Part shown: positions 61,793 to 64,000 of the stretch, piece after piece
How the letters are laid out: each line of letters opens with the position of its first letter
Position numbering within the stretch: the stretch's first letter is position 1
Assembly (NCBI GenBank): GCA_963663805.2
Contig: CAXXMR010000015.1
Coordinates: 96,001-160,000 of the forward strand
Origin: Sedimentisphaerales bacterium
GTDB lineage: Bacteria; Planctomycetota; Phycisphaerae; Sedimentisphaerales; SM23-30
Reading direction: 5' to 3'
Length of the DNA: 64,000 nucleotides
Position numbers and translations under genes: made by a program
Notes under the pieces: generated by a model
Databases searched by the model: none
Told to the model about the DNA's origin: nothing
The model's input: only the letters and a program-made list of their open reading frames with translations

Positions 61793-61985
61793 TTAGCACG
61801 TGCCTGCCGCGTACTGTTCATACGTGGTAATCCGCCGACCGCAATAGCGGCATTCGCGACGGCGCAGTAGCCTCCCCCCTACCGCCTGGCGGGTATAGAG
61901 CACCCGGAAATGTCCGCAGCCACAGTGGGGGACACACCAAGCCGCGCTGCTGTTCGGATATTTGTTCAGTATTTTTCTGAGTCAT
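61793..61985 (-). pseudogene. NrdR-like Zn-ribbon protein (not in the ORF track; +1 frameshift in a C run)
   Basis: Removing one base from GGGGG at 61927-61931 gives MTQK...LVCPHCGC...TR...RRRECRYCGRRITTYE. Confidence 0.65.
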
Positions 61986-64000
61986 TTAACGTTTCCTCCC
62001 TTGAAGTTCCGAGAGCCGCATCCGCTGTTGTTGGGGTTTTACCTGAACCTGAGTACCGGGCAGAACCACGCCCTGCATGGAGGCCGCCACGCCGCAGCCT
62101 ACCAGACAGTCCAGCCAATGATTATCGAACTGGGCCGGTTTAATTTTCCATTCATCGACACTGCGACCCCGCCCCTGGGTCTGCACACAAAATTCAGCAG
62201 TGAGATGTTCGGCCAGAAGACGATGTTGTTCGGGCTTATTACCAAACAAGGACAGACAACCCCGGTCACCCATTGACACCGCCAGCCGGGCCTGAAGGAA
62301 ACTCTTCCAGAAATTCGTATCGAAGAGCACGTGACGGATGGCGCGTTTACCCTGAATATTGGGCATCCGCCAGTTTTGACCGACCCGGTCACCGCGTTTG
62401 CGTTTGTATTCACTGAAGGGCAGACTCGAGGCCCCCACGAACCTTCCATGACTGGGCGTCAGCAGGGCCGCGTATTTACTCTGGCGGCAGAACTGGTACA
62501 CCACATCGGTGGAAGTACCCCAGTTGGCGTCCACCAGGCAGCGTTCAATCTTCATGGTGCCCCGGTCATCACAAGGCCATTCCCGGCCCAGCAGTTTTTC
62601 CGTCAGAGATTCCAGGCCGGCGTAGATGGCACCTTCCAGCCCCATACCGGAATTTACCGTAGCCAGGGTAGACCGGGCGTCACGCAGCGTGAAATAATTG
62701 CGCCTCTGGTCCGGGTACGACCCGTAATCGAGCACATAGCCCGTGAAATCATCTTCCCAGACCGTCACCACATAAAAGAGCAGCTTCTGCTGGACATCGA
62801 TAAACGCGGTGATATGGGTAGCACCCACCGGGACGATACCGCGTTCGTGGCGATTGACCTTGGCGGCGATCTCCTCGACACTGAGCATACCCGAGCCGGA
62901 TTCCTCGACCAGCGGTTCGTTCTGATATTCGGCATAAAACGCCGCCTCATCCCGCAGCTTGAGGTTCATGGCATGCTGGATCGCCGAGAGTTCATCTTCA
63001 TTATGCCGCTGGGGCCAGGCGATTACCGCACCAGTGTCCATTTCCACGCGATGCTGACGATAAAACTCGGTGGCTTCGCTGCCGTCGCCATCATTACGAA
63101 ATGAATCAGCCCGCAATTCGGCATAGCGGGCCCAGAGTTTTTCATTGTCCGGAAAGGCATACACCATCCGGGTACGTTGGCCCTGCCATTCGGGGTGTTT
63201 ATCCCGATCAAGGATGTTATCTGCCATATCACCGGGCCGAATAACGGTACAGGCCATCAGGCCGGAGATTTTCTTACCCGGCCCGGCCATGCCCAGGACA
63301 TCACCGGCGAGAATCGCCTCACGCCGCTGACTCTGGGAGGGTGACCAGGCGGATTCGGTAGTCTGGGGGTCATCCACCATTACCAGCTGGGGCCTAACCA
63401 CCTTGCCATCAGCGCGGGCGTGGTTCTGGCCCCGGATATCCGAGCCCTTCATCCCCGAACAGGAGATGACAATCCCCGCCGCCTGGGAATTCGGAATGGT
63501 GGGCAGGACGATTTTGTCCGCCGCCCATTCAATCCGCGTCGGCTGGCCGTTATATTTTTGGCCCTTCTGGCGGTTGGTGATTCGCTCCAGGGCCCGGATG
63601 GGGAATGTTACCTCGGGAAAATCCTCGGCCAGCAGTTCGTTCGTCTCCAGCCATATCTTGATATTCTCGAGGAGGTCCTTGGCCCGCTCGGCACTGGCGG
63701 CAATGAGGCAGACATATTCTGTCGCTCCTGCCAGCGCCGACCATAAACACGCCATCTGCATTAAGACCGTCTTACCACTGCCCCGCGGCATGGCCAAAGC
63801 GAACAGCCCGCCCTTTAATACCGCCTGTTCGATTTTTTCAATGACCCGGTGGTGATCCGCCGACCATTCCAGATAAAACACCTCGGGGAAATATACTTCA
63901 CAAAAAGTCTTAAAATCCGCCAGGGCCGCCGCTTTCCGCTCGGGGTTAACCACTGCCGGTAATTCCCCGATATCCTGACCCAGCCGGGCCAGTTCAGCGT
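61986..64000 (-). CDS. Phage terminase large subunit (lambda gpA-like), 5' end outside the window
   Basis: Walker A AMPRGSGKT, Walker B VMVDDPQ, nuclease TAFIDVQ, NHWLDC; frame is open to base 64000. Confidence 0.9.
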   Translation of the reverse strand, partial: AELARLGQDIGELPAVVNPERKAAALADFKTFCEVYFPEVFYLEWSADHHRVIEKIEQAVLKGGLFALAMPRGSGKTVLMQMACLWSALAGATEYVCLIAASAERAKDLLENIKIWLETNELLAEDFPEVTFPIRALERITNRQKGQKYNGQPTRIEWAADKIVLPTIPNSQAAGIVISCSGMKGSDIRGQNHARADGKVVRPQLVMVDDPQTTESAWSPSQSQRREAILAGDVLGMAGPGKKISGLMACTVIRPGDMADNILDRDKHPEWQGQRTRMVYAFPDNEKLWARYAELRADSFRNDGDGSEATEFYRQHRVEMDTGAVIAWPQRHNEDELSAIQHAMNLKLRDEAAFYAEYQNEPLVEESGSGMLSVEEIAAKVNRHERGIVPVGATHITAFIDVQQKLLFYVVTVWEDDFTGYVLDYGSYPDQRRNYFTLRDARSTLATVNSGMGLEGAIYAGLESLTEKLLGREWPCDDRGTMKIERCLVDANWGTSTDVVYQFCRQSKYAALLTPSHGRFVGASSLPFSEYKRKRGDRVGQNWRMPNIQGKRAIRHVLFDTNFWKSFLQARLAVSMGDRGCLSLFGNKPEQHRLLAEHLTAEFCVQTQGRGRSVDEWKIKPAQFDNHWLDCLVGCGVAASMQGVVLPGTQVQVKPQQQRMRLSELQGRKR

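Larger units (their letters stand above)
12600..64000. mobile_element. Putative integrated prophage with ~31 kb of cargo between the integrase module and the tail genes
   Basis: Serine recombinase module at left, morphogenesis operon at right, shared upstream motif; att sites not identified. Confidence 0.6.

Overview
The window has four zones. (1) 1-10.8 kb is host chromosome: the 3' end of an Asp-box (sialidase-like) gene, then a minus-strand envelope-stress operon with three PspA/IM30 paralogues, a YqiJ-like membrane protein, a flotillin and a 1,783-aa coiled-coil AAA+ ATPase. (2) 11-15.4 kb holds IS debris and an integration module (DUF2924-like gene, large serine recombinase, HTH-like gene). 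(3) 15.7-46.3 kb is cargo: a ~19-kb array of orphan Rhs C-terminal toxin/immunity modules whose junctions share a sequence motif, a B12-radical SAM gene, two secreted proteins with dockerin-like C-termini, and a complete diversity-generating retroelement (DGR). The DGR consists of a secreted FGE-sulfatase/CLec target with its VR, a GC hairpin, avd, the reverse transcriptase (RT), and a template repeat (TR) embedded in the 3' end of the RT ORF. Over 138 bp, 18 of 22 TR/VR mismatches fall at TR adenines. (4) 46.4-64 kb is a lambda-like prophage morphogenesis operon (terminase to tape measure) plus an IS200-interrupted beta-propeller gene. A conserved element with a 24-bp exact core precedes both the recombinase module and the head operon, suggesting zones 2-4 are one integrated element. 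The protein styles suggest a Planctomycetota (Phycisphaerae-like) host, which is an inference. Several frameshifts lie in short homopolymers and may be sequencing errors. All family calls come from motif recognition by eye; no database searches were run.
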